A DNA stretch of 63,667 nt, counting the filler, from Octopus bimaculoides (lineage: Eukaryota): NCBI RefSeq assembly GCF_001194135.2. It is 5 parts of 5 records of this genome, joined end to end, with 100 filler letters (N's around TTAATTAATTAA, not from the genome) between each part and the next. Parts side by side here need not be neighbours in the genome. Positions count along the whole stretch, not along the records: positions 1 to 21,485 come from NC_068982.1; positions 21,586 to 31,913 come from NW_026429774.1; 3 more parts are not named here. The stretch is one strand, 5' to 3'. Within the stretch, counting starts at the first letter, position 1, and each line of letters starts with the position of its first letter. The notes under the pieces were generated by a model, which had not been told where the DNA came from, searched no databases, and saw only the letters and a list, made by a program, of their open reading frames with translations. The translations under genes and the position numbers were made by a program. Of this stretch, positions 11,600-23,690 are shown in pieces.

Positions 11600-11965
11600 C
11601 CTGGAAGGCGGTGAAATGTGGTTCTTAATGAAAATATTGAGGATAGCATGCACAAAGTGTTTAATGAAGAAGTAATTACCCGGAATGCTATAAATAGGAA
11701 ACTGCTTTGTGAAAAAAAATGGGTCAAGCAACTGAGATTTCTTCCTCGTGTGATGAGGAAAGGGTGCCCTCAAGAATTTAGTGATGACCAAAGATTGAAG
11801 AGAAAAGAAGCAGAGGAAGGAGAAGGATGATATGGATGGTCAGCTTAAAGAACTCAGTGGAAGAAAGAGGAGGCATTAAACATCAGGAAGTGGAACTGTT
11901 ACAGAAAACAAAGAACGGACAATTATGGCAGGACCTGTTCGACTATGTCCTATAAAATGGATATG
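11600..11965 (+). mobile_element. RTE-clade LINE 3' fragment, decayed
   Basis: MWFL..ILRI, QLRFL.RVMRK, KIEEKRSRGRRRMIWM motifs typical of the RTE ORF2 C-terminus, with frameshifts. Confidence 0.65.
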
Positions 11966-14679
11966 GCAGCTAACAAAAGAAAGACACCATAAGCATTTCT
12001 AAATGGGGGATAAATTGTTGCTGCATTCAAAACTTAATACCGTATAAATTTAGGCAACATTTTGGAATAAAAAGGCAGCAAGAGGTAATATATCCCACCC
12101 CGATTAAACGTGGAAATTCTATTAACACCAGTTATACTGCAGAAGATACCATGAGAGGAACTCTAGTATTGGCTTCTGTTATTTTGTGCTGTATATGTAA
12201 TCGTTTGATATGTCAATGGATAGAAAATGGTAAAAGGCTGGTTGGTATAATTAATTACCCAGCAGCAGAAAAACAATCGAAAAACTCTCGACAGTGTTTC
12301 TTTTTATATTTTTCTCTTCGTCCAAGGGTTTTGAAACCCGTATTGTACACTCTTTTTAGCTTTATCTACTCCGTGTTCCACAGTTTAAAATAATTTCATT
12401 TCTTCCGAAATTTTTAAATTCTATTGTAAACCCTACACTCATATCTGTCCTCTGTAACCGGAATGGTGGTTGGGGTGTTTGTACCATCAACGACAGTCCT
12501 GAACCTTAAACAGTGTGATTTTGAGGAGTAATCAATTACTTTTGCTTTCACGTTTCATGCATATTGACAAATTCCACGAGCCATTAAACGGAAATAAGCG
12601 ATAAGGGTTGATGAGTCATTGGTAGAAGAAAAAGGATAATGCAGTGATAAGATTCCAAGCAACCAAATAACATCGTCTTTTGAGGGAAGATGGCAGAAAA
12701 AGTGGTCGCCAATATCGTTGATGTTTTCTGAATTTTAATCTTTTCATTGCCTGGTGTATCGTCTGGACCTTCAGTTATATTTTGTTTTCATGATTTAATA
12801 TCGTCGGAAGCATCTCTGATTTCAATCGAAGTAATGCTCTTTAAAGGCAACTGAATTTGAATCCTTCTGCTTAATGTTTTTCAAAAGTAAAGAATATAGT
12901 GAGCGTAAAGAAAAGTCAGAAGCAGAGACGTCGTAGTTTCAATTACGAGGCAAAGTTACTTCGGTTTATTTAGTCAGGAAGAAAGTTATTTTACAACTTT
13001 CTTTCTTCTTCTTAATCCAGTCCAAAATAATTGTCTACAATTTTGATTTTCATATTCAATATCAATGAGTTCATATCACAGTAAAGTTACCTTCATTTTT
13101 TTCCACCTACGGTTTGATAATTAAAAGTACGAGAGGAGCACAAAGGTCAACTAGATCTTTTTACCTTTAACAACGTTAGAAATTCGTTGATTCTTTATTA
13201 CCCACTATATGTTAGAAATTCATATTCAAAAATATATCAATTTACCCGAACTGGGAATTGAAATCCTGTCAACGATAATACGCATTATTGAACACTATTC
13301 CGTTTTTAATTTTCATATGCGAGCTTTGTGTTCGATATAAAAGGTTGTCTTCTTNNNNNNNNNNNNNNNNNNNNNNNNNNNNNNNNNNNNNNNNNNNNNN
13401 NNNNNNNNNNNNNNNNNNNNNNNNNNNNNNNNNNNNNNNNNNNNNNNNNNNNNNNNNNNNNNNNNNNNNNNNNNNNNNNNNNNNNNNNNNNNNNNNNNNN
13501 NNNNNNNNNNNNNNNNNNNNNNNNNNNNNNNNNNNNNNNNNNNNNNNNNNNNNNNNNNNNNNNNNNNNNNNNNNNNNNNNNNNNNNNNNNNNNNNNNNNN
13601 NNNNNNNNNNNNNNNNNNNNNNNNNNNNNNNNNNNNNNNNNNNNNNNNNNNNNNNNNNNNNNNNNNNNNNNNNNNNNNNNNNNNNNNNNNNNNNNNNNNN
13701 NNNNNNNNNATATATATAATTGTAGTCGTGTATGTCACTCCATGTGTTTCTTTGAGCATCTCAGTCAAAATGTGATACTTTAAGATCTCAATGCTGAAAA
13801 GATCAGATTTCACTCGGATCCTAAAGGACTGTCTCAGATGTTTTGTAATAATAATTTGGATGTTTTTCGTTAATGGACTCGTCTCTCATGCTCAGAAGAT
13901 TGAAGATACAAACTAATCAGCCTTCCTCCTCCTCCCTAACACTGAAATCCCCTAATCCATGGATTGGTGATCTACTTTTTGACACCGAATCCATTCTGCC
14001 ACATTCAACACTAACTTTACAGTAGCCATTATAAGACTGTCTTCTCTTCAAATAAAGATTTCCTTGGCATATACTGATGAAGTAGTTAATAACCACGCAA
14101 GGAATCGCTACGCTATTGAGATTCATCCCGCATGCAAATTCTTCTCTTTTGGATACTGAAATTATTTCATCAGGTTCTTCGCCACCGAGTTCCTTAGCCA
14201 ACATTTTAAGAAATTCCTGTTCAGATTAGTTTGTCTTGTTTGAATTGTAGCTGCTTTTCAAAATATAACAAAAAAACATTGATTGCTGTTGTATCAATCA
14301 GGTTGTAAAACATTGCATTGGCCATCTTTTTAGTGGCGGTGAACATGTGTATTAATAACTGAACAGCAAATGAACAAAATTAAAGGATACGAAGAAGGAT
14401 GTGAGATATGGAGAGTGAACTACGACATGAATAAATTGCAAAAATCTACAGATTATGAGGAACTAAAAATACACTATGGACTGGACATAATTGAATACAG
14501 GGGTAAAGGCAAGTAACATCATTTCCATTTCTCATTTTTTTTTATTATATCAGACGTTTTTTTTTTTCTCATTTGTTCTGTGTCCTCAAATGTATTGTAT
14601 TGTCCTCTTTTTGTTAGTACGTATGAACAATAAAAAATCAAAACATTGCATTGACCATCTTCGTGTGGTTCGTTTCACC

Positions 14680-15799
14680 GAATCGCATATACTCAGTTGG
14701 TCAAGTGTGTCCAAGTTTTCAAGCACTAAGGAAAATTCGGTCATGTTTCTTGATCCGGATTTATTTTTATCTACATACAGCAGTCCGATTTGTTTACACG
14801 GACTTTTTTTAACTTAAAGTTCAAACACAAAATATTTTTACCAATATCTTGGGATAAGTTCAGGATATAGCATTAATTTACAGCACCGTTGATTTATAAA
14901 TATTTTTTTTTATATTTAAAAAAAATGGCTTCAACACAGGACTGCTACGGTCACTTCCATGTTTTTGAGAGTTAATGCCTTCTGTTTTTGCATGGTATAT
15001 TTTCTTGAGTCAAATCTCTCATTAAAGGTCTAACTCTGGACTGCAGCAAACCGCTTGGATTTTCAGTTTATCCACTGCCATGAGTTAAGCAGCTCTATGA
15101 GAACGATACAGTCCCTTCCAACCGTTCAAACTACTCTGCAACACTGATCGCGCGTTTGTTGTTGACATTGAATTAATTTGATATATCAAAGAAATTTGGA
15201 TATTGATTTCCCAACATACATGAATTTAAACCATCTGATTGTCGCAAAGACCGAGTTCCTTTGCTGCTTCTCTTAGGTTTGATGTGTTTCTTAATGTTGA
15301 TTTTAAGTTTCAAACCAGTCCGGTACCTTATCGTCGGCTTCATTTCTCATAGATATCTGATGAGAAAGCTTATGAACGACAATGTTTCCTCAGTAACAAA
15401 TGCTTGTTTTGAAACCACTAACCAGATGATTAAACGTAACTACATTATAGAAAATACATGTCGTGGTGTTTGGTACCGAATTGATATCGTCTCGAGATAT
15501 TGTTGTTGCGATAATGAAGACCAACTTATCAACCACCGATTGTTGTTTAATGTGGGCAACTGGCTAAAGTGCAACGAGACGCTTGTATTTCGAATAATAC
15601 GACAGCGAATACCGAAGCTTGGACTAGTTTATATCATAAACTTCACTTGATGTTTGTGAAGTAGTTTTCTGATCACTAATATGTGAGTGAAGGCATAGAA
15701 AATGGGAGCTCTCTGAAACATGGGGAGATACGACTCCGTTAGAAAGACTATATTTTGGCATTGTCACGGATGGCAAAGAAGACAGTGGGAAAATATTAA
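14680..15799 (+). pseudogene. TUBA: Alpha-tubulin pseudogene, copy 2 (clear from about 14930, codons about 128 to C-terminus)
   Basis: [145 protein letters not shown], ending GGA AAA TAT TAA. 14680-14770 weakly resembles the N-terminal exon. Confidence 0.92.
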
Positions 15800-16599
15800 T
15801 CTGCCAAATCAAATTAAAACAAAACCTCAAATGTTAGCGTTTTTTCAGTACATCTTATTTTTTTAATTCTGTTTTTAAAATGCTCATTTGATATTCTTAT
15901 GAAATGCAAGAATAAATTAATTTTGGTTCTTGTGAAATAATGTCACAAATTTAAATCTTTTGATAGTGATTCACTAAAGACCTCCAAATCTGAAAAGGTA
16001 TCTTCAAACCAGAGAAAGCCTGAAAACTTGCAGAAGACGAGATAATAATTAAAATAACCAATGTGCCAGATGTAGTGTAAAACCAAGCGACAAATTAAGT
16101 CTAAGTAGGCCATGGCAAGATTTGAACACGCCCCAAAGATTTCGAAAATATTAGAATGTCCGGAAAGTTCTGAGCGATTTTTAATATGCAAAAAGGAATA
16201 TGAATAATTCACCTTTCGATATTTTTTTAAGTAAATGCGACATTAATTTTAATCATTTGAAACTTTACACAGCTACTACTGTGGAATACGAACAAATGAC
16301 ACGCAATTTACAAATTTGAAGCCTTAATGCTCTTAGACATTTTGTCTCGGCGAATTGTCATTTTATAATACTCGTCATTTCGAGTCTTTATTGACTTGAA
16401 CCAAGCATCAAGAACTGTAGAATAATTTATATCAATGAGCTGTTCATTTTTTCCTTTTCAAATATAGGCTCTCTTTAATCACCATGGGATGACATAGTTC
16501 CAACTGAATTACTGGGAATAAGTAATTTTCAACAGCGTATCGATCACAGTTCGAAAAGGGGCAACAATTAATGTAAGAACCATGCAATAATTTTGAGCA

Positions 16600-17320
16600 C
16601 GTTGTGTTCAGTTGTGGAAGGGTTGATACATGAATCTCAGTATGTGGCCAAGGTGGTTTTCTGAGTGATGCTGCTGGTGTGATGTCCTGAGTGAATAGAT
16701 TGTAATTAGTTCTGTTGGAAACAAAAGGAGTACAATTAGTGTGTCTTGTGTGTGTGTTTGTGTGAATGTTGTGGATGCTGGTTTTTGTATGTTTGAAGTA
16801 TTTCTGTGGGTGTAAGGAGGGGTGTTTTTCGTTTTCCTTCTAGCTATAGTCCAATCTTCGTTACTCACCCCATATGAGGTTGATGGTAGATATTTTGGTG
16901 TCTCTTTCTGGGTACATTCCTTTTTTTATCAAAGCCTCCCCTGATGTTGTCTTGCTTTTCTTTTGCGGAGAGTTAGACACAGAGGTCCGTGTCCCCTCTT
17001 CATATTGTTTGTCTGTGATGTGTGGGTTTCCTTTTCCTCCTCTTGACTGGCTGGCTTGTTTGCCGCCGGGTGAGCTTCAGGTTGCAGGTCCTGAGAGCAC
17101 ATCACTTTAATGTGTTCCTTTAGACCGCACTTGAAGCACCTTGGTTCGTAGTGGCCTGAATTATTAGGCTTACACTTTTACCACACCAGTTCAGTTTACC
17201 TCTTTCGGAAGCTTGGAGGATGGTTACATCTACGTTAACAAATGCGGCTGGTATCAGCTACTCCGTTTTAATTTCTGGTGGAATTCGTTCGATGGAGATT
17301 TTAGCCGTTCTTTGGAGATT
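16600..17320 (-). mobile_element. Decayed gag-like ORF1 fragment with a CCHC zinc knuckle (non-LTR retrotransposon)
   Basis: RTAKISIERIPPEI..GKSVSLIIQA, then after a frameshift PRCFKCGLKEHIKVMC (C-X2-C-X4-H-X4-C at 17138-17097). Confidence 0.7.
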
Positions 17321-17322
17321 CT

Positions 17323-18086
17323 AGCCGAACAAAGCATAGCTCTTTTGGCATGGATATTCATCTTTTGGTTGCTGTTTTGAGAGATCCATATGCAAACTAC
17401 AGGACTTTTTTCGCACTACATTTTCGTACACAATCCATGTTTCATCTCCAGTCACAAGTTGTTTCAAAAAAGGCATGCTTTCATTCCGTTTCAAAAGTAT
17501 ATCCCAAACGGAATACCGATCCAAGCAATTCTTTTCTGAGAGTTTGTGAGGGACCATTCATTATAGTAAGAAATGTACCCCCAGCTTCATTGGGTGTTCA
17601 TGGGCCATGTTTTGGGAATCTTCCACTTCTCTGCAATTTCTCTACTCATGTTATTTCAGTTTTCTTCGATTTGTTTACCTTCAAAACAACTCCATCCAGT
17701 TTTGAAGTCTTCTACTGCGACTGTCATCTTCCAAGCTAAATTCTCCAGCTTTAAATTTTGCAAACCACCTTCGAACAGTTGATTCGCCTACAGCATCATC
17801 ACCATAAACTTCGCAAATGTTTTTGCAAGTCTTTGAAGCATTTTCTCCTTTTTTAAAAAAAAAAAGGAAAAGCACTACAACGCGAATATGAAATTTTTGG
17901 TTAGCTATTTCAAATGTTAAAGGGTGACCGGAATGAAAGATGGATCTATTCTTTGTCAGGAACAAAGAGATGCGCTGCGATTTCAAGCAACACCAAAATG
18001 TTAACTGCTACATTTCAGACGTGTTCAGTGAAGCGTTAAAGGATTTAGCTTAAAAACGCACAAAACTTCCCGAACAACCCAATATA
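17323..18086 (-). mobile_element. Mariner (Tc1/mariner) transposon relic, truncated
   Basis: TIR-like tattgggttgttcgggaagttttg after TA, HTH region KGENASKTCKNICEVYGDDAVGESTVRRWFAKFKAGEFSLEDD, MVPHKL (WVPHEL motif), PFLKQLVTGDETWI (first catalytic D), MNIHAKRAMLC. Start codon appears as ATA; frameshifts present. A possible C-terminal relic lies at about 16380-16560. Confidence 0.9.
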
Positions 18087-18693
18087 TCACGAAGCTTCCG
18101 GTGCTACATAGTTGTAAACAAATACTATCCAAAGCTCTAAAGACTCGGTCAACTTGATCGAGCGAATGTAATGAGAGGAAAATGAAGTATAGACTTACGT
18201 ACAAAATAAATAATGAACTATCAAGCATTCCTCCTTATACACTGCAGCTAACTAAATGCCTGTTTAACTACTGTAGTTATATAATCACATGAAATGTAAT
18301 AGTTATCGGCTTTCTAACAGTCAAGAATTTACGAAATCTCAAACGTGTTCTTTTTATTTTCTAACTGTACTATCTAACTGAAATGTTAGCAACAACAAGA
18401 ATTAATTTTCAGTAGTTTGAGCAGTGAATAGTTTTGAACTACACTTTTTAATATTCCTTAAAAGTAAATATGTATAGTCTTGTTAGAAAATTATTTCGAT
18501 GTAGCTTGAGTTACTTCCCTTGCAAATTAAGTCTAGTAGAGTTATGCCCCTCTAACTGTTTCAGTTTTGTAACAATTGTATCTCAGTTTTTGGTAATCAA
18601 CAATTCTGGGAAGTGAAACAAAAAAAGAAAACAGGATTAGGTGAGTGGGTAAATTTATCAATATTGACTCGGTAAGATTTGAATATTACTTAC

Positions 18694-18711
18694 GTAGCAG
18701 GTTTAAAATCT
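18694..18711 (-). CDS. Candidate 18-nt microexon (agattttaaacctgctac)
   Basis: TACTAAC branch point (18743-18737), pyrimidine tract, TGC, TAG acceptor and GTAAGT donor (18693-18688). Open in two of three phases. Confidence 0.4.
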
Positions 18712-18832
18712 CTAATTTGCAATGAAAGAGTGAAAGGTTAGTAGAATTGGCAATGGAGCGAACAAAAATCCAGCCAGCATCTTGCGTCTCATTACATAAT
18801 CCAAGTTTCACCGAATTTAACTTTATTTTATC

Positions 18833-21485
18833 CTTTCTTAGGAGCCGATTCCCTGCATCATTTCGGTCTCTTGGTAGACATTAAAAATAGACGACTTGTC
18901 GACAGCACCACACAGCTCGTATGGCCACAGTCAGCCCAACTATATTGCTCACAACGACGACAACTCGCTACAGTACGATTCTGAAAGAATATCCGGACGT
19001 CGCTCGACCAGTATTCCACAACCAGCCGATCAAACACGAAGTCACCCACCACATCAAAACCAGCGGTCCACCTGTTGCTGCAAGACCCAGAAGGTTACCA
19101 CCTGATTGTCTCAAGGCCGTCAAGCGGGAATTCCAGCACATGCTTGACCTTGGGATCATCCGCCTATCCAGCAGCAGCAACTGGTTCTCGCCAATACACT
19201 GCGTCCCCAAAAAATCATCGACCGATTGGTGGGTTTGCGGTGATTACCGATCGCTGAATAAAAGTACTGTAAGTGATACATATCCAGTCCCCTAGTTTCA
19301 GGATTTTTCTAGCTCGCTGCATGGAGTTCGCGTATTTTCCAAGATCGACCTTCTGCGAGCCTACAACTAAATCCCAGTGAAACCTGCGGACATACCCAAA
19401 ACAGCAGTTACTACACCCTTCGGAATGTTTGAATTCTTGCGTATGCTTCTCGGTCTACGCAACGCGGCACAGACATTCCAAAGGTTTATTGACATGGTTA
19501 CTAGAGGTTTGCCTTTCGTCTATGCCAGTAGCTCAGACGAAGAACTTGACCAACACCTGCACCTGCTATTCGAACGCCTCCGCAAATACGGTGTTGTTAT
19601 CAACCCCAGCAAGTGTTCGTTTGGAGTTGCTTCCCTTTATTTTCTCTGGCACATCGTTGATAAGGATGGCATTCGTTCCCTTCCCGAGAAAGTCAAGGGC
19701 ATCGTGGATTTTCCACCACCCACATCTCTCCGCAAATTAAGGGAACATCTCGATCTAGCGAATTTCTATCGAAGGTTCATACCCCACCTCGCTGAGATAG
19801 CGCAACCGCTGACGGATTTGCTACGTCAGTGAACTAGCAAAAATACGAATATTGCTTTGAATGAAGATCAACTCGCCCCTTTCGCTGTCCTAAAAAAAAA
19901 AGCGTTATCCAACGCTACCATGTTGGTTTATCCAAAACCTGACGCCCCACTGTGTTTGCTCGTTGATGCATCCTATTCCGGAGTTGGAGGTGTACTACAG
20001 CAGCTTGTTGATGGCATATGGCAACCGTTGTCTTTCTTTTCTAAGCGATTAAAACCCACGGAAACGAAATACAGTACATTCAGTCGGGAATTATTAGCGG
20101 CACACCTGGCCGTTAAGCATTTCCGACACATGCTAGAAAGTACCAATTTTGCTATATATACTGACCACAAGCCACTGGTATATGCATTTAACACCAAGCC
20201 GGATCGCCACTCGCCGAGAGAAATCCGCCACCTCGACTTTATATCGCAGTACACGACGGATATACACCACATCAAAGGGACGACCAACTTAGCAGCCGAT
20301 GAAGTTTCACGCTCGCAGATCAATGCTATCCACACCACGGCTACAATTGATCTGACACGTACAGCAGCTGACCTGGAGACTGACGAAGAACTTATAAAGC
20401 TCCGGGAATCGTCATCTCTGAAATTTCAGCATGTTCCGTTACCATCGTCCACGGCCCATATTTGGTGTGATATATCCACCGGTCACCAACGCCCTTATAT
20501 ACCACAGAAACATCGTAGAGAAGTTTTCTTTGCTCGGCATTCTCTGTCACATCCTGGTATTCGCTCCACTCAAAAGCTGATATCGACCCGTTTTGTGTGG
20601 ACCAGTCTCAACAAGGATATCAGAGAATGGACCAAGTGCTGTGTCGCGTGCCAAAAAGCGAAACCCTACCGGCACATAAAATCACCAGTCGGTTCCTTTT
20701 CGCAACGTGACGTACGATTTCAGCACGTTCACATCGACATCGTGGGACCTCTGCCACCTTCGCAGAATTATACACATTTGCTTACCTGCGTAGACCGTTT
20801 TTCGCGGTGGCCCGAAGCTTGGCCCTTATCTGATACATCGGCGGAAACGGTCGCCAAAACGCTATCACAATGGGTTTCGCGTTCTGGCACACCCGCAACA
20901 ATCACCACCGACAGAGGACGTCAGTTCGATTCCCACCTCTTCACCGAGCTGACTCGTCTCCTCNNNNNNNNNNNNNNNNNNNNNNNNNNNNNNNNNNNNN
21001 NNNNNNNNNNNNNNNNNNNNNNNNNNNNNNNNNNNNNNNNNNNNNNNNNNNNNNNNNTAAGCACACCCGCACTTCGGCTTACCACCCTACAGCAAATGGC
21101 ATGGTTGAACGCTTCCACCGCCAACTCAAAGCAGCTATTAAAGCATCTGCAGACTCTTCCAACTGGCTGGAACATCTCCCCCCTCATCTTCCTTGGTATT
21201 CGATCCACGGTTAAGGAGAAACTTGGATATACTCCGGCTGAACTCGCCTATGGCACAGCACTCACCTTACCTGGGCAGATGATCGAACCTGTTTCATCAC
21301 AAGACCTTCCTGACCCAGCACAATATGTGCATCGATTACGGACATCCATGTCGCATTTGTCACCTGCAGCCGCCAGACAACAGAACATCGTTTCACATGT
21401 CCCAAAAGACATCAACACTTGAACTCGTGTTTTCGTAAGGAATGATGGGATACCATCCCAACTTCGACCACCATATTCCGGCCCC
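18833..21485 (+). mobile_element. Ty3/Gypsy LTR retrotransposon pol (end of protease, RT, RNase H, integrase), inactivated
   Basis: LGADSLHHFGLLVDI; RT FSKIDL.RAY and KTAVTTPFGMFEF; RNase [15 protein letters not shown] and IYTDHKPL; integrase HHCC (HPGIRST..CVACQ), [29 protein letters not shown]. Stops at 19293, 19368 and 19830; the YxDD motif is missing. No LTR identified. Confidence 0.95.
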
Positions 21486-22129
21486 NNNNNNNNNNNNNNN
21501 NNNNNNNNNNNNNNNNNNNNNNNNNNNNNTTAATTAATTAANNNNNNNNNNNNNNNNNNNNNNNNNNNNNNNNNNNNNNNNNNNNACTGGTGCATATGTA
21601 TGTTTAAGTATACATATGTGCGTGTGTTTGTATAGATCGTATATATAATCACTTGGCTGAAACACATAAATAAATAAATAAATATACATATAGACACATA
21701 TATACAACACCGCACACCTCAGCACACACACACACACACTACTTCACCATCTGTAATGATCTACTCTGGCAATATAAAAGCGGAGAAACAAACATGATTT
21801 TTATTATCACTCCACCCTTCCATATCTAATTCCCGTTGATTTGTAGTCGCGCTGCGCGCTGTTGCCCGCCTTCTCTCCTTGTAAATTCTAAATTCCCCGC
21901 CTTTTTCTCCCTCCTTCATCGCTCTCAGGTCATCATTCCTTCGCCATCCCTTCCCACACCACTAAAACCCTCTTCTCTCACTCACTCACTAACTGATTCA
22001 TAATGTAGCGTTGGTAGTGATAGAGTGATGGGGACGCTATTAGTAAAGGGAGATTAGATGTGTTTGTACGAAGAGTTTTCGGCGGTTCATTTTCTGTCTC
22101 TCTATAGTATAGTGTTTCATAATATTCTT

Positions 22130-22262
22130 TTCTTCTCTAGGCACAAGGCCCGAAATTTTGAGGGAGGGGGCCAGTCGATTTGAGCGACCCTAGTACGCGA
22201 CTGGTACTTAATTTATCGATTCCGAAAGGATGGAAGACAATTTAAACTCAGAACGTAAGAGC
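22130..22262 (-). mobile_element. SINE family B fragment with the ctaggcacaaggcccgaaatttt tail
   Basis: Matches 8490-8640. Confidence 0.8.
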
Positions 22263-22358
22263 TGACGCTAACGTTTCTTATTTCTTTACTACCCACCGCT
22301 ATGTTACTGGGACGTAAACACACCAGCACCAGTTGACAAGCGGTGATGGGGAACAAAG

Positions 22359-22392
<34 letters not shown>

Positions 22393-23469
22393 TAATGATT
22401 TCTTTGGGATCTTGTTCAAAACGGGGGCACCAGTATTTTCTTAACGAAACACTTTGAAACTTGGGACACTGGTAGAATGTGTTATATAAAACATCTTTTA
22501 ATCTTAGTCTTCTTAACAAAAAAATGTACATCGCAAGTTATTTCATGTTAAAGTTGTCGTATTTCTGTAATTTCAACCAATGACTGACGTCCATTCAGCC
22601 GTAAAAATTAAGTGCTGACTACGTAAACAAACGATTCGCGGCGGTGATAAAATTATTATTTCCTTGTCAAAAAATGGCTGAAGCATATTGGCAGTAGCTA
22701 ATAAACCTTTCTATTATAGGCACAAGGCATGGTTTTTGAGGGAAGGNNNNNNNNNNNNNNNNNNNNNNNNNNNNNNNNNNNNNNNNNNNNNNNNNNNNNN
22801 NNNNNNNNNNNNNNNNNNNNNNNNNNNNNNNNNNNNNNNNNNNNNNNNNNNNNNNNNNNNNNNNNNNNNNNNNNNNNNNNNNNNNNNNNNNNNNNNNNNN
22901 NNNNNNNNNNNNNNNNNNNNNNNNNNNNNNNNNNNNNNNNNNNNNNNNNNNNNNNNNNNNNNNNNNNNNNNNNNNNNNNNNNNNNNNNNNNNNNNNNNNN
23001 NNNNNNNNNNNNNNNNNNNNNNNNNNNNNNNNNNNNNNNNNNNNNNNNNNNNNNNNNNNNNNNNNNNNNNNNNNNNNNNNNNNNNNNNNNNNNNNNNNNN
23101 NNNNNNNNNNNNNNNNNNNNNNNNNNNNNNNNNNNNNNNNNNNNNNNNNNNNNNNNNNNNNNNNNNNNNNNNNNNNNNNNNNNNNNNNNNNNNNNNNNNN
23201 NNNNNNNNNNNNNNNNNNNNNNNNNNNNNNNNNNNNNNNNNNNNNNNNNNNNNNNNNNNNNNNNNNNNNNNNNNNNNNNNNNNNNNNNNNNNNNNNNNNN
23301 NNNNNNNNNNNNNNNNNNNNNNNNNNNNNNNNNNNNNNNNNNNNNNNNNNNNNNNNNNNNNNNNNNNNNNNNNNNNNNNNNNNNNNNNNNNNNNNNNNNN
23401 NNNNNNNNNNNNNNNNNNNNNNNNNNNNNNNNNNNNNNNNNNAGTTCTCAAATGAAATATATATTTCTT

Positions 23470-23690
23470 TTACTTGTTTCAGTCATTTGACTGTGGCCAT
23501 GCTGGAGCACCGCCTTTAGTCAAACAAATCGACCCCAGAACTTATTCTTTGTAAGCCTAGAACTTATTCTATCGGTCTTTTTTGCCGAACCACTAGATTA
23601 CGTTGAATGTAAACACATCAAAATCGGTGTCAAGTGATGGTGGGAGGGGGGACAAACACAGACATACAAATATATATATACACACATAAA
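23470..23690 (-). mobile_element. SINE family A 3' part
   Basis: Matches 1390-1560 and 55705-55860. Confidence 0.85.

Noticed and set aside
13091-13106. 16-nt minus-strand microexon-like segment
   Set aside because: Not frame-preserving, and the joined frame with the next candidate exon stops quickly; such sites arise easily in AT-rich DNA.
21058-21180. STPALRLTTLQQ.. segment of the 521-aa track ORF
   Set aside because: Wrong frame caused by the mis-sized gap; the true integrase frame is KHTRTSAYHPTANGMVERF.
21530-21541. TTAATTAATTAA between N runs (also 31958, 50642, 62446)
   Set aside because: An identical 12-mer that stops all six frames and is always flanked by Ns; a scaffolding linker, not biology.
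21586-22130. Possible Gypsy 3' LTR or promoter (TATAAAAG at about 21773, GC-rich patch)
   Set aside because: No polypurine tract, TG..CA ends or matching 5' LTR could be shown, and it is separated from pol by a gap.
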